Shown piece by piece: positions 7,493-15,978 of a stretch of DNA of 15,978 nt; the stretch's first letter is position 1, and every line of letters begins with the position of its first letter. The DNA is from Candidatus Aenigmatarchaeota archaeon (GTDB lineage Archaea > Aenigmatarchaeota > Aenigmatarchaeia > Aenigmatarchaeales > JACQIB01). A program made the translations under genes and the position numbers. The DNA is taken from NCBI GenBank assembly GCA_043799675.1, contig JAZDNN010000019.1, positions 1 through 15,978 on the forward strand, written 5' to 3'. Below the pieces are notes generated by a model. That model was not told the origin of the DNA. It searched no databases and saw only the letters and a program-made list of their open reading frames with translations.

Positions 7493-7707
7493 GCCCTTTT
7501 CTTTGCCAGCTCGATGTCTTCCTTTTTGACGGTCTTTCGACCGGCGTGCTCGGATAAGCTGACAGAATCCTTCGCTATCCTGATCGCGAATTCATGGACC
7601 ACGGCCGCCAAAGCCCTTGCAGCGTCATCGCTCACCCTGTCCGCTCCCGCGGCCTTCAGGATATCGACCATCGGGGCCGCTGCAATCACACTCCGCTTGC
7701 GTGGCAT
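7489..7707 (-). CDS. archaeal histone (HMf family, single fold)
   Basis: AP..ILKAAGADRVSDDA...HAGRKTVKKEDIELA matches the HMfA/HMfB pattern. Confidence 0.95.
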   Translation of the reverse strand: MPRKRSVIAAAPMVDILKAAGADRVSDDAARALAAVVHEFAIRIAKDSVSLSEHAGRKTVKKEDIELAKKRA

Positions 7708-7728
7708 AAATCAGTTTAAGATGGTCGG

Positions 7729-7736
7729 TTTATAAA
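7729..7736 (-). promoter_or_regulatory. TATA box of the histone gene (probably leaderless)
   Basis: Consensus TTTATAAA 22-29 bp upstream of ATG 7707. Confidence 0.65.
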
Positions 7737-7760
7737 TCAAGCTGGCACTTGGATTATTTT

Positions 7761-7775
7761 CTTTTGCTCGTCACG
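7761..7775. repeat. 15-bp motif copy 1 (CTTTTGCTCGTCACG)
   Basis: 14/15 identical to 8688-8702; lies in the map-histone intergenic region. Confidence 0.7.
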
Positions 7776-7796
7776 CCTTGTGCCGGAGAAATTTCA

Positions 7797-8678
7797 TCAG
7801 AGAGTTATCACTATCGGTTTGTCTGCAACAATCACGGTGTGCTCGGCCTGGGCAACAGGCTTGCCGGAAACTTCCTTCAGGATGTTGTAAGGATAGAGGG
7901 AACCAAGCTTTACCAACTGGTTGAGGGCAAGGTCCACGTTGCCGAACTTTTCCTGTGCCCATCTCCTGGCGAATGGAAGCTTTTGCCAATCATTTTTTGC
8001 CGCCGCGAGCAGCTGCCTGGCAAGAGGCAGCCTCGGAGGCCTGTCGGAAATCCACCTGAATATGGTCGGAGGGGGGCTGTCTTTCACCATGCCCTTACCT
8101 GCCGTCACGAACGGTTCGACCCCGTATGCCTCTCCTTCGCTGAGCACCTTCGGCGCCGGACCGCGGATGCATGGTATGACAACGCCGCCATGCACGGTCC
8201 AGCGGTCAAGAGCATGCCCTGTGAGATTGGCCACCGGCTTGAAACCATACTTTATTGCCACATCTTCCATCACGGCGCTGATGTCCTCGATGATGGTTCC
8301 CGGCACGAACATCGGGATTGCGGCGGCAAGCATCTTCTCCGCGCATTCAATCATGGAATCCTTTCCTGCCGGTCTGACGGTGATGGCGGTGTCTGCAATC
8401 CAACCATCCACGTGGACCCCGATGTCGAGCTTGACGTAATCCCCCGCCCTGATTTTCAGCGGGTCGTTCAGTAACGGGGCATAATGGGCCGCGACATCAT
8501 TGATGCTCACGGTCGCTTGGAACGCCGGCCTGGCACCGAGCGCGATTATTTTCTTTTCAACGGCAGCAGCGATATCGACGGCCTTAGCGTTCTCCTTTAT
8601 CATCTTCGCGCCGAACTCACGTGCTGTAGCACAAATCCTGCCCGCTTTCTTGTAGGCGTCCAACGTTTCTTTTTCCAT
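7797..8678 (-). CDS. map: type II methionine aminopeptidase
   Basis: SINDVAAHY, KLDIGVHVDGWIADTA, NLTGH, VEPF and QAEHT metal-ligand motifs plus the type II helical insert. ATG 8678 follows GGTGG; GTG 8687 is the alternative start. Confidence 0.96.
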   Translation of the reverse strand: MEKETLDAYKKAGRICATAREFGAKMIKENAKAVDIAAAVEKKIIALGARPAFQATVSINDVAAHYAPLLNDPLKIRAGDYVKLDIGVHVDGWIADTAITVRPAGKDSMIECAEKMLAAAIPMFVPGTIIEDISAVMEDVAIKYGFKPVANLTGHALDRWTVHGGVVIPCIRGPAPKVLSEGEAYGVEPFVTAGKGMVKDSPPPTIFRWISDRPPRLPLARQLLAAAKNDWQKLPFARRWAQEKFGNVDLALNQLVKLGSLYPYNILKEVSGKPVAQAEHTVIVADKPIVITL

Positions 8679-8687
8679 TTCATCCAC

Positions 8688-8717
8688 CTTTTGCTCGTTA
8701 CGTTTTTGTCCGTCACA
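8688..8717. repeat. 15-bp motif copies 2 and 3 in tandem (CTTTTGCTCGTTACG, TTTTTGTCCGTCACA)
   Basis: Copy 2 matches 7761-7775 at 14/15 and copy 3 at 11/15; together they fill most of the polB-map intergenic region. Confidence 0.65.
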
Positions 8718-8731
8718 CCCTTTTATCGGGA

Positions 8732-11152
8732 TTATATCAGTTGTTCCTTCTTCACGCCGAGCGCTGCAAGCACACGATAGCTCGGCGGCACAATCTGCTT
8801 CTCGATGTAGTACTTAATATCTATGTCCTTCAGGCTTGCATCCTCGATGGGCTCGGCACGGTTGCTGATGCTTTCCTTGCCTTTGGTTATCACGTAAATC
8901 ATGACCGAACCCTCCCCGACCGGTCTGCCTCTGGCAATCATCTTCTTTGCGACGACCACGTTCGGTGCGGTGACCTTGTACTCGGAAAGGGGCTTTGCCA
9001 GTGATTCGTAGATTGCAAGGTCGCGCAGCGGAACCTTTCCGGATTTCAACCTGCTTACGGCATCCTTGACCGTTTCTATCGCTCCTTTCATGTCCTTCTT
9101 GCTGAGAACGAGCCTGAGCACCTCCTCCTGCGTCGCCTTTGCCAGCTCGCACCAATCGCCCCTGACCCGTTCCAGGCCGCGGATGGTCAGCTTCCCCTTT
9201 TCGTCCATCAAAGCATACCGTTTCTTGGCTGCTCCCCCCGCTTCCAGCGGGGTGAATATTCCGCGCCTGTAGAAGCCCTGCAAATCGATTTCAATCATTC
9301 CCGGCAGCTTCTTGTTGGTATTTTCAATGAACTTGGTCACGTTTTTTTCCAGCTTCCCTTTTCCGTTCAGCTTGACGAACATCGAGTCCGTGTCACCATA
9401 AATTATGGTGAAGCCGGCCTCTTCCGCCCAGCTCATCACTTGCTTAATCCAATAGCGGCCGAATGCCGCCGCCGATTCCGCGCATTCGTAGCAGTACCAG
9501 AGCGCGCCCGGATAGCCCATGATGCCGTAAGTGGCATTGGTGATCGTCTTCACGCCGAACTGTTCATTGTCCAGCTCGCGCCATTCCACCGTTCCGGGTT
9601 TCATACCTTTCAGCTGCTTCTTCAGTTCCACGCGACGTTCTATCAATTCCGATGCCCTCTCGGAGACGAAACCGCGATGTTTTTTGCAGAACCAGTATTT
9701 CCTGTCCGGTACCTGCCAGCCTTCAGCCTTTGCACAGTGACCGAAGGTCTCCGGGCTGATGTTGAACGTTGCGATTATGGAAGGATAGAGGGAACGGAAA
9801 TCAAGCACGGCGAGCTCCTCATGCAGGCCCGGTAACGGGTCACGGACATAGCCGCCGATGTATTGCGGCTTCCTCTGCCTTTGCAGGATTTCATCAAACT
9901 TCGGCTGGTTCGGCGGTATCATATTGAGTTCCAGTGCCCTCTTCACCATGTACCATTCGGAAAGCTGCCCGTAGGTCATCCTGGAAACATCGTACGGGGA
10001 CTGGCAGACTATCCGTGTCAGGGCCAAAATCTGGTGCATGAGCATCCCGTTGAGCTTTATGCAAAGTTCGCTGTCCTTCAGCGAATAGGCGGCAAGCTTT
10101 GCAAGGTCCTTTTTCTTCTGCCAGGCTTCCAGGAGCTCCTCGAATTCCATCGGTATCTTCCTGTCACCGAGGAGCTCGGCACAGATGGAATCGAGCGTCA
10201 TCACTTCGGTCTGCAGATGGGGGGCAAGAATCGTAAGAGCCCAACTGAACAAATCCAAGTGGACCCTCCCCCTCAACCGCGCCCTTGCCACCTTCACCCT
10301 TCTTGCATAGCGTGGAGCGGAACCGTCCCTGCTGAGGGGAAGCCTCACCCTGAGGTCGGCAGCCCGCTGAAGAATCAGCTTGAAGTCGTGTTCATCGGTC
10401 ATGAAGCCTACCAGCATGTCCGGGTCCTGAGCATTGACGTGCTTCACGAAAGATTCGAGCAAAGATTTCTCGTCCTTGACCACTTCGACCCAGCTCTGAA
10501 AAGCCGCCTTCTGCCAGGTTATCACTTTCTTGAACCCGTCCTTGCCGGCCATGCTCAGCATGATTATTTTCTGCCTTCCGGCTTCCTCGACGTTCTCTAT
10601 GTCGAACGCAAGGATTTTCAACGGAGGGGCGTCCGCATGGGCAGCAGATTTTACAGAACTGGCGCGAATGATTCTGTCGACCTGCCACTCATCGCTCTTT
10701 TCCTCCTTTCCTTCAATCTCTATCCAGTCCGCGGGGGTGATACCCTTTTCGATAGGGTAGCGTTTGGAGTGGCTGACGGCATACTGGTATTCTTCGATGA
10801 CCGTTCCGGGTCCGCCGCGCTCGGCTTCAAGCAACTTGACCATGTCCCTTACCTTCTGCAGGTCCGAGGAAAGATTTGTGTACACCTTCAGCACCCTCTG
10901 CTCCTCGGCACCTATCCGGCGGGAAACGATTTCCGTTTTCAATATGCCGATGTCCGCATGCTTCCTCGAAAGTTCAATCACGATTTCCTGAAGCTTGGTC
11001 TCGGCGCCGGGTTTCGGCTGGATGTACAGGTAGGGAATGAAACTTTCGTCCAGCACCGCAACCGTCTTTCCATTCACATCCTTGCACCAGAGCCTTACGA
11101 CGGTCCTTCCGTTCTCGTCGTAATGATCCATATCGAGAAGCCACAATCGCAT
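8732..11152 (-). CDS. polB: family B DNA polymerase (PolB3-like)
   Basis: ExoI AFDIE, ExoIII YSLKD, motif A DFRSLYPSII, motif B KTITNATYG, motif C YGDTDS, KKRYA, RGLERVRGDW; no intein-sized insertion. Confidence 0.97.
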   Translation of the reverse strand: MRLWLLDMDHYDENGRTVVRLWCKDVNGKTVAVLDESFIPYLYIQPKPGAETKLQEIVIELSRKHADIGILKTEIVSRRIGAEEQRVLKVYTNLSSDLQKVRDMVKLLEAERGGPGTVIEEYQYAVSHSKRYPIEKGITPADWIEIEGKEEKSDEWQVDRIIRASSVKSAAHADAPPLKILAFDIENVEEAGRQKIIMLSMAGKDGFKKVITWQKAAFQSWVEVVKDEKSLLESFVKHVNAQDPDMLVGFMTDEHDFKLILQRAADLRVRLPLSRDGSAPRYARRVKVARARLRGRVHLDLFSWALTILAPHLQTEVMTLDSICAELLGDRKIPMEFEELLEAWQKKKDLAKLAAYSLKDSELCIKLNGMLMHQILALTRIVCQSPYDVSRMTYGQLSEWYMVKRALELNMIPPNQPKFDEILQRQRKPQYIGGYVRDPLPGLHEELAVLDFRSLYPSIIATFNISPETFGHCAKAEGWQVPDRKYWFCKKHRGFVSERASELIERRVELKKQLKGMKPGTVEWRELDNEQFGVKTITNATYGIMGYPGALWYCYECAESAAAFGRYWIKQVMSWAEEAGFTIIYGDTDSMFVKLNGKGKLEKNVTKFIENTNKKLPGMIEIDLQGFYRRGIFTPLEAGGAAKKRYALMDEKGKLTIRGLERVRGDWCELAKATQEEVLRLVLSKKDMKGAIETVKDAVSRLKSGKVPLRDLAIYESLAKPLSEYKVTAPNVVVAKKMIARGRPVGEGSVMIYVITKGKESISNRAEPIEDASLKDIDIKYYIEKQIVPPSYRVLAALGVKKEQLI

Positions 11153-11189
11153 ATACTAGTTTTTATTCCCGTTCTTATAATCATGAGCA

Positions 11190-11729
11190 ATGCCTTACTA
11201 CACGCGCGCGGGTGATGCGGGCAAGACAGGCATATGCGACCAGAACAGGATAAGCAAGGCATCGCAAAGGATAGCCGCCATAGGGGACGTTGACGAACTC
11301 AACTCTGTCATCGGGTTGTGCAGGACGATATGCAAGGACAGTCAGATAGACGAAATTCTCGGGCATGTCCAGAACGGTCTGTTCGTTTTGGGGTCGGATT
11401 TGGCTGCCCCGCTGGACTCAAGATCCAAGGCTGTGAGAATGGACAAGGGACAGACCGAGCGGCTGGAAAAGGACATAGATGACATAATGTTGGACGTAGG
11501 TGAACTTCAAAATTTCATCCTGCCGAGCGGAACCGAACTGGCGGTGAGGCTGCATTTCACCAGGTCGTTGTGCAGGCGGGCGGAGAGGGCGGTATGCACA
11601 CTGGCCGAGAAGGAGAAAATAAATCCGGCGGATTTGCCATACATCAACCGTCTGAGCAGCCTGCTGTTCGTTCTTGCGCGGCTGGCGAACAAGAGGGCCG
11701 ACGTGAAGGATGTCGAGTGGAAGAAATAG
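11190..11729 (+). CDS. pduO: PduO-type ATP:cob(I)alamin adenosyltransferase
   Basis: YTRAGDAGKT, GDVDELNS, FILPSG, RSLCRRAER, YINRLS. Confidence 0.93.
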   Translation: MPYYTRAGDAGKTGICDQNRISKASQRIAAIGDVDELNSVIGLCRTICKDSQIDEILGHVQNGLFVLGSDLAAPLDSRSKAVRMDKGQTERLEKDIDDIMLDVGELQNFILPSGTELAVRLHFTRSLCRRAERAVCTLAEKEKINPADLPYINRLSSLLFVLARLANKRADVKDVEWKK

Positions 11730-11804
11730 ACGGAATTCACTGCATAACGGTCCGAAGTGCTATTCGGTTATTTAAGGCTTGCAGTCCGAATAATCGGCGA
11801 TTGA

Positions 11805-13202
11805 ATGGACATACTTTTTGTCAATCCCAGAGGCACCTTCACGCCCATGCCGCCGCTCGGCCTGATGATAATGAGCGCGGTGGTCAGGGAGAAGGGCTTC
11901 ACGGTGGCCATACTGGATGCGGAGAACCGGAAGCTTGACGACCGGCAGCTGGAAGAGGAGATAAGAAGGTTCAAGCCGGCCATAGTGGGCGTACCGGTGT
12001 TCACACCGACCTACGGGCAGGCACTGGATGCGATGAGGACCGCAAAACGGATAGATCCTTCCATAACGACGGTCGCGGGAGGCTCGCACGCGTCGATATA
12101 CCCGGAAATACTCGATAACAAGGAGGTCGATTACGTCGTCAGGGGCGAGGGGGAGATAACGTTCCTTGAGCTGGTCGAATTCATCCTGCATGGCAAGGGG
12201 CGTAAGGAGGAAATCAAGGGCATATCTTACATGGAAAACGGATGCCTGGTCAACAATCCCGCCCGGGAACTCATACAGGACCTCGACAAGATCCCGTGGC
12301 CCGCGCGCGACCTGCTGCCGATAGAGAAATACCCGGGAATTCTCATGCCCAAGAGGCGGCCCGAGACGCAGGTGATGGGCATGCGCGGATGCCCGTTCAG
12401 GTGCGCCTTCTGCTCGAGCGCCGTGTTCGGGAAGACCCTGCGTTACAGGAACCCCCTCAACGTGGTCGATGAGGTGGAATTCCTGGTCGAAAGGTACGGA
12501 ATAAAGACCATATACTTCTTCGATGACGGACTGAATTACAGGGCGGACTGGCTCAACACGATATGCGACGAGTTCATCAAACGGGGCCTCAACGAAAAGA
12601 TGGAATGGAAGGGGCAGGTCAGGGTCAACTCGCAGTTCGTCAACCAGGAGCTGCTGAACAAGATGCACAAGGCAGGCTGCTGGCTGCTGGCGTGGGGGAT
12701 AGAGAGCGGGAACCAGAACGTGCTCAACAACATACACAAGTCGATAACCCTGCAGGAAGTGGAGAACGCCATAAGGATGTCCGCCAAGGCCGGAATCCGC
12801 AACATGGGATTCTTCATGGCCGGCAACATGACGGAGACCAAGGAGACGGTGAACGATACCATAAGGTTCGCAAAGAAGCTGATGCACAACGGGCTGGATT
12901 ACGTCCAATGGGCGCTGGCTACACCGTACCCCGGGACTGAATTCTACGAAGTATGCAAGAAGAACGGCTGGATAAAGGTAAGCAGGTGGGAGGACTGGAG
13001 GGACGACAAGCGCCACGTCATAATAGACATGCCGGGGCTTCCGCAGGCATGGATGCAGCAGTCGTACGAGGACGCTTACAGGGCGTTCTACATGAACCCG
13101 TATTACATAGCCAGGCAGGTGTCGAAGATCAGGAGCATCGATGACGTCAAGCTGATGGCAAGCGGCCTGGGCTGGGTCCGCAGGGCGATAAAGGAGACCT
13201 AG
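11805..13202 (+). CDS. cobalamin-binding radical SAM protein (class B methyltransferase-like)
   Basis: N-terminal B12-binding domain (PPLGL, GGSHAS, RGEGE), RGCPFRCAFC CxxxCxxC motif, FFDD, GIESG, TPYPGT. Confidence 0.93.
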   Translation: MDILFVNPRGTFTPMPPLGLMIMSAVVREKGFTVAILDAENRKLDDRQLEEEIRRFKPAIVGVPVFTPTYGQALDAMRTAKRIDPSITTVAGGSHASIYPEILDNKEVDYVVRGEGEITFLELVEFILHGKGRKEEIKGISYMENGCLVNNPARELIQDLDKIPWPARDLLPIEKYPGILMPKRRPETQVMGMRGCPFRCAFCSSAVFGKTLRYRNPLNVVDEVEFLVERYGIKTIYFFDDGLNYRADWLNTICDEFIKRGLNEKMEWKGQVRVNSQFVNQELLNKMHKAGCWLLAWGIESGNQNVLNNIHKSITLQEVENAIRMSAKAGIRNMGFFMAGNMTETKETVNDTIRFAKKLMHNGLDYVQWALATPYPGTEFYEVCKKNGWIKVSRWEDWRDDKRHVIIDMPGLPQAWMQQSYEDAYRAFYMNPYYIARQVSKIRSIDDVKLMASGLGWVRRAIKET

Positions 13203-15978
13203 TCGCTCCAGAACTTTTTGGTCGCGATAAATTGTCTTTCGGCCGCTAGGATGTCCTTGTATAATTCATCTTCATTCCTATGCATACGTGCGAGTATACG
13301 GCCAGCCGTTTGAGGTCCAACCCCACGACCGGCAAGGACAACGGCCCCGGCGCGGCCATAACAAATCATCATGTCCGCGCTCCTCCTGATTCTCTCCAGC
13401 TTCTTCTGCTCCTCGTCTGTCAGAGACTTGCCTTTCAGGCGTTTCTTGATTATGTCCGGCGCTTCGGTCATGTACGGATGGACGCAGGCAAGGAGCTTGC
13501 TGGCGCACTTGGGGCAGCGGGGCTCCTTGTCAACATCATTGACAGGCATTGCTATGGAATAATTGCCGCAATTGACGCAGACCAACCTGATGCGGGTGTT
13601 CAGCAGCCGCTGCCTGAACACCTTCTGTATCTCCGCCTCCGGCCTGTCCGGCCTCGCCACGTCATGCAGCTCGTACTTCAGTCCGGCCTCGGCCATCGGA
13701 CTCAGGCCCTTCGTTTCGGTCAGCTTGATTTTACCCGACCTTATCTGTTCGAGCATCCTTTCTGCCGCCTCCACGTCAAGCTTCTCGGTGAATATCTCGT
13801 TGAGCGTTTCAAGGGAGACCGGGCTGTTCTCATATGCCTTCACAATCCGGTCGATGTTCACCCTGCTGAAATCGGCATCCTTGCGTATCGCACCTATCCT
13901 CTTGCCTACCTGCAGGAAGCGGTGCTTGAACAGGCTGGTGTTCGGAAGGGCCAGGGTCAGCACGGATCGGATGTCCTCCGGCTTGTATTTCTCGAACACC
14001 TCGCGGATGTCCTTGGCAAGCACGGAACCGAACACTATCCTGTACGGGTCGGATTTGCAGGCTATGGTCCTGCCCTGCTCGGCGGAAAGCAAGGCGGAAA
14101 TGAAACGGGCAAGCGTTTCATTGGCCAAAGAACCGAACGGGCTGTGCAGGACGGTGAACTCTCCGAAAGTTTCAATGATAATATGTTTGTCGTCGGGCAA
14201 CGGCCACTTCATCTGCGCCTTCACGTATGCTACCATGCGCGCGGCGGCCTGCGAGGTCAGCGGATAGCGCATCTTCAGGTGGTTGGACACTTCCGTGGCG
14301 GACTTTCCAGTTTTCAGGTCTCCAGCAACCTCTCTTCTGATGACCCCGACCTCCTGTGCGATGCTGAACGGGACCGGAATCAGCTCTCCTTCCCATGCGG
14401 GGACGGCGCTTTCCAGGCCGGATGCAGGCTCAACATACACCTTGTCCTTCTCTATCTGCACCACGCGCCATGGCCTCCCTTTTATCACGAAAGTGCTGCC
14501 GGACTCATTGTGCTCAGCCACGAACATCTCGTCGAGGGAGCCTATCGGGACGTTTGCGGTTATGTCAATCACGCGGTAGGTATGCGAGTCCGGGATGGTC
14601 GACATGCCGCCGAAGTAATACTCGAAGGCCCGCCTTTTCCTTGCCAGACCGTTATCGACGAACAGCAGGTGGATGCCCGCGAGGAACTGGACCATATCGA
14701 AGAATTCCTTGGATGTCATGTCCCTGAAAGGAAAGGCGCGCCTGATGATACCATATGCTTTCTCAATCGGGATGCGGTAGTCGGACATGGCAAGGCCGAT
14801 TATCTGGTGGGCCAGCACGTCCATGCTCTTGTCATGCAGCCGCGGAATTTCCAGTTCGCCTGCCAGGGTCTTGCGTGCTATGACCGCCGCCTCAAAAATA
14901 TCATCGTCATCGCCCGCAAGGATTATACCCTTGCTGACCTTTTCCAGGGAATGGCCCGCGCGGCCCAGTCGCTGGGTGAACTGGCTGACCTCGCGGGGCG
15001 ACATGTACTGGACAACCAAATCCACCGAGCCGATGTCTATACCCAACTGCAGGCTTGATGTGCAAAGGATGGCCTTCAGTTTCTGTGCTTTGAAGTCCTT
15101 CTCGGTCTGTATACGGGCCTCCTTCGACAGCGAGCCGTGATGGACCTCAAGCGGCATCTCGGTATCCATGTTCTTGAGCCTGCTTGCCAGGATTTCCGCC
15201 GCCTCGCGCGTGTTGGTGAAAATCAGGGAAGCTTTGTGTTCATCGATGAGGTCGTGGATGGTACGAAGCCTGGCCGCGACGGTATCGCCTATGAACAGCT
15301 TCTCCGCCATCAGTTTGTCTTCCTGCTTCGGGAACGGCGCATCGACCATCACTTTGAGGTTCTTTTTGGTGAACGTGTTGATGATCTTGTGTGGCCGACC
15401 CCCGAACATGAATTGCGCGACCCCTTCCGGATTGCCGACCGTGGCCGACAGACATATCATCTGGAAATCGCCGCAAAGTTCCCTCAGGCGCTCCAAAGCC
15501 ACCGTCAACTGGACGCCGCGCTTGCTGTCGACAAGCTCATGGACCTCATCGATTACGACCCACTTCACGTTCCTGAGCAGGGCCTTCATCCTTTCTCCGA
15601 CGAGCATGGCCTGGAGCTGCTCGGCGGTGGTCAGGAACATCTCGTCCGGATTTTCCAGCTGCACCTTCCGTTCATGCTGGGTGGTGTCGCCGTGCCTGAC
15701 AGTGACGCCGAAATCCAGCCGCTGCGCCCACCAGGCCACCCTTTCGAGCAGGTCGCGGTTCAGGCTCTTCAACGGCGTGATGTAGAGGAGCGCTATCGGC
15801 TTCGGTTTATCTTTGAACAGCTTGTCGAACAGAGGGACGAGCACGGCCTCGGTCTTTCCTGAACCCGTCGGGGCCATCAGAAGGACATTCTTACCTTCGA
15901 TTATCGGGGGGAATGCCAGCTCCTCGGCTGGGGTGGGCGTATCGAAACGCTCGGCTACGACTTTCTGGACTTCCGGTG
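13199..15978 (-). CDS. lhr: Lhr-family DEXH helicase with C-terminal Cys4 extension (5' end outside the window)
   Basis: The frame stays open to the window edge (PEVQKVVAERFDTPTPAEELAFPPIIEGKNVLLMAPTGSGKT). Motifs YITPLKSLNRD, RHGDT, DEVH, SAT, HHGSL, LGID, QRLGRAGH, STIPD, PAWEGE; CVNC..CPKC. Confidence 0.95.
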   Translation of the reverse strand, partial: PEVQKVVAERFDTPTPAEELAFPPIIEGKNVLLMAPTGSGKTEAVLVPLFDKLFKDKPKPIALLYITPLKSLNRDLLERVAWWAQRLDFGVTVRHGDTTQHERKVQLENPDEMFLTTAEQLQAMLVGERMKALLRNVKWVVIDEVHELVDSKRGVQLTVALERLRELCGDFQMICLSATVGNPEGVAQFMFGGRPHKIINTFTKKNLKVMVDAPFPKQEDKLMAEKLFIGDTVAARLRTIHDLIDEHKASLIFTNTREAAEILASRLKNMDTEMPLEVHHGSLSKEARIQTEKDFKAQKLKAILCTSSLQLGIDIGSVDLVVQYMSPREVSQFTQRLGRAGHSLEKVSKGIILAGDDDDIFEAAVIARKTLAGELEIPRLHDKSMDVLAHQIIGLAMSDYRIPIEKAYGIIRRAFPFRDMTSKEFFDMVQFLAGIHLLFVDNGLARKRRAFEYYFGGMSTIPDSHTYRVIDITANVPIGSLDEMFVAEHNESGSTFVIKGRPWRVVQIEKDKVYVEPASGLESAVPAWEGELIPVPFSIAQEVGVIRREVAGDLKTGKSATEVSNHLKMRYPLTSQAAARMVAYVKAQMKWPLPDDKHIIIETFGEFTVLHSPFGSLANETLARFISALLSAEQGRTIACKSDPYRIVFGSVLAKDIREVFEKYKPEDIRSVLTLALPNTSLFKHRFLQVGKRIGAIRKDADFSRVNIDRIVKAYENSPVSLETLNEIFTEKLDVEAAERMLEQIRSGKIKLTETKGLSPMAEAGLKYELHDVARPDRPEAEIQKVFRQRLLNTRIRLVCVNCGNYSIAMPVNDVDKEPRCPKCASKLLACVHPYMTEAPDIIKKRLKGKSLTDEEQKKLERIRRSADMMICYGRAGAVVLAGRGVGPQTAGRILARMHRNEDELYKDILAAERQFIATKKFWSD

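Noticed and set aside
8732..11152. Inteins in PolB (also checked TopA, Cdc48 and Lhr)
   Set aside because: Lengths are normal and I saw no intein-sized insertions or splice-junction motifs
9863..11215. 450-aa + strand ORF
   Set aside because: Antisense to polB; no motifs
11730..11804. Cobalamin riboswitch between the two B12-related genes
   Set aside because: Only 75 bp and no recognisable B12-box consensus; kept only as a generic structured region
11772..13016. 414-aa - strand ORF
   Set aside because: Antisense shadow of the radical SAM gene
13280..15058. 592-aa + strand ORF
   Set aside because: Antisense shadow of lhr with no recognisable motifs; expected from GC-rich codon bias

Overview
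Gene-dense archaeal chromosomal window, about 50-60% GC by eye. Archaeal markers are an HMf-type histone, RadB, Cdc48, type II MetAP, TATA-like boxes, and GGTG/GGAGG ribosome-binding sites or leaderless starts. The compact layout and divergent proteins suggest a DPANN-like lineage (inference only). Gene order: topA (+), orphan ORF with ADP-ribosyltransferase-like motifs (+), pyrE (-), radB (-), a likely three-gene operon of Cas2/VapD-like small protein, cdc48 and DUF3467-like protein (+), histone (-), map (-), family B DNA polymerase (-), PduO-type cobalamin adenosyltransferase (+), B12-binding radical SAM protein (+), and a 5'-truncated Lhr helicase (-). I recognised no rRNA, tRNA, CRISPR array or transposase. 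The best candidate for an undescribed system is the cdc48 operon: Cdc48 and the DUF3467-like protein end in the same tail (SRYVG*/SKYIG*) written with different codons, and a stand-alone Cas2-like gene is translationally coupled upstream. Other notable points are a twin zinc-knuckle insertion in the TopA zinc ribbon, the ART-like orphan, a 15-bp motif flanking map, a histone with Asp at a DNA-binding Arg position, and a PolB with a degenerate uracil pocket and no PIP box. All family assignments come from motif recognition by eye; no searches were run.
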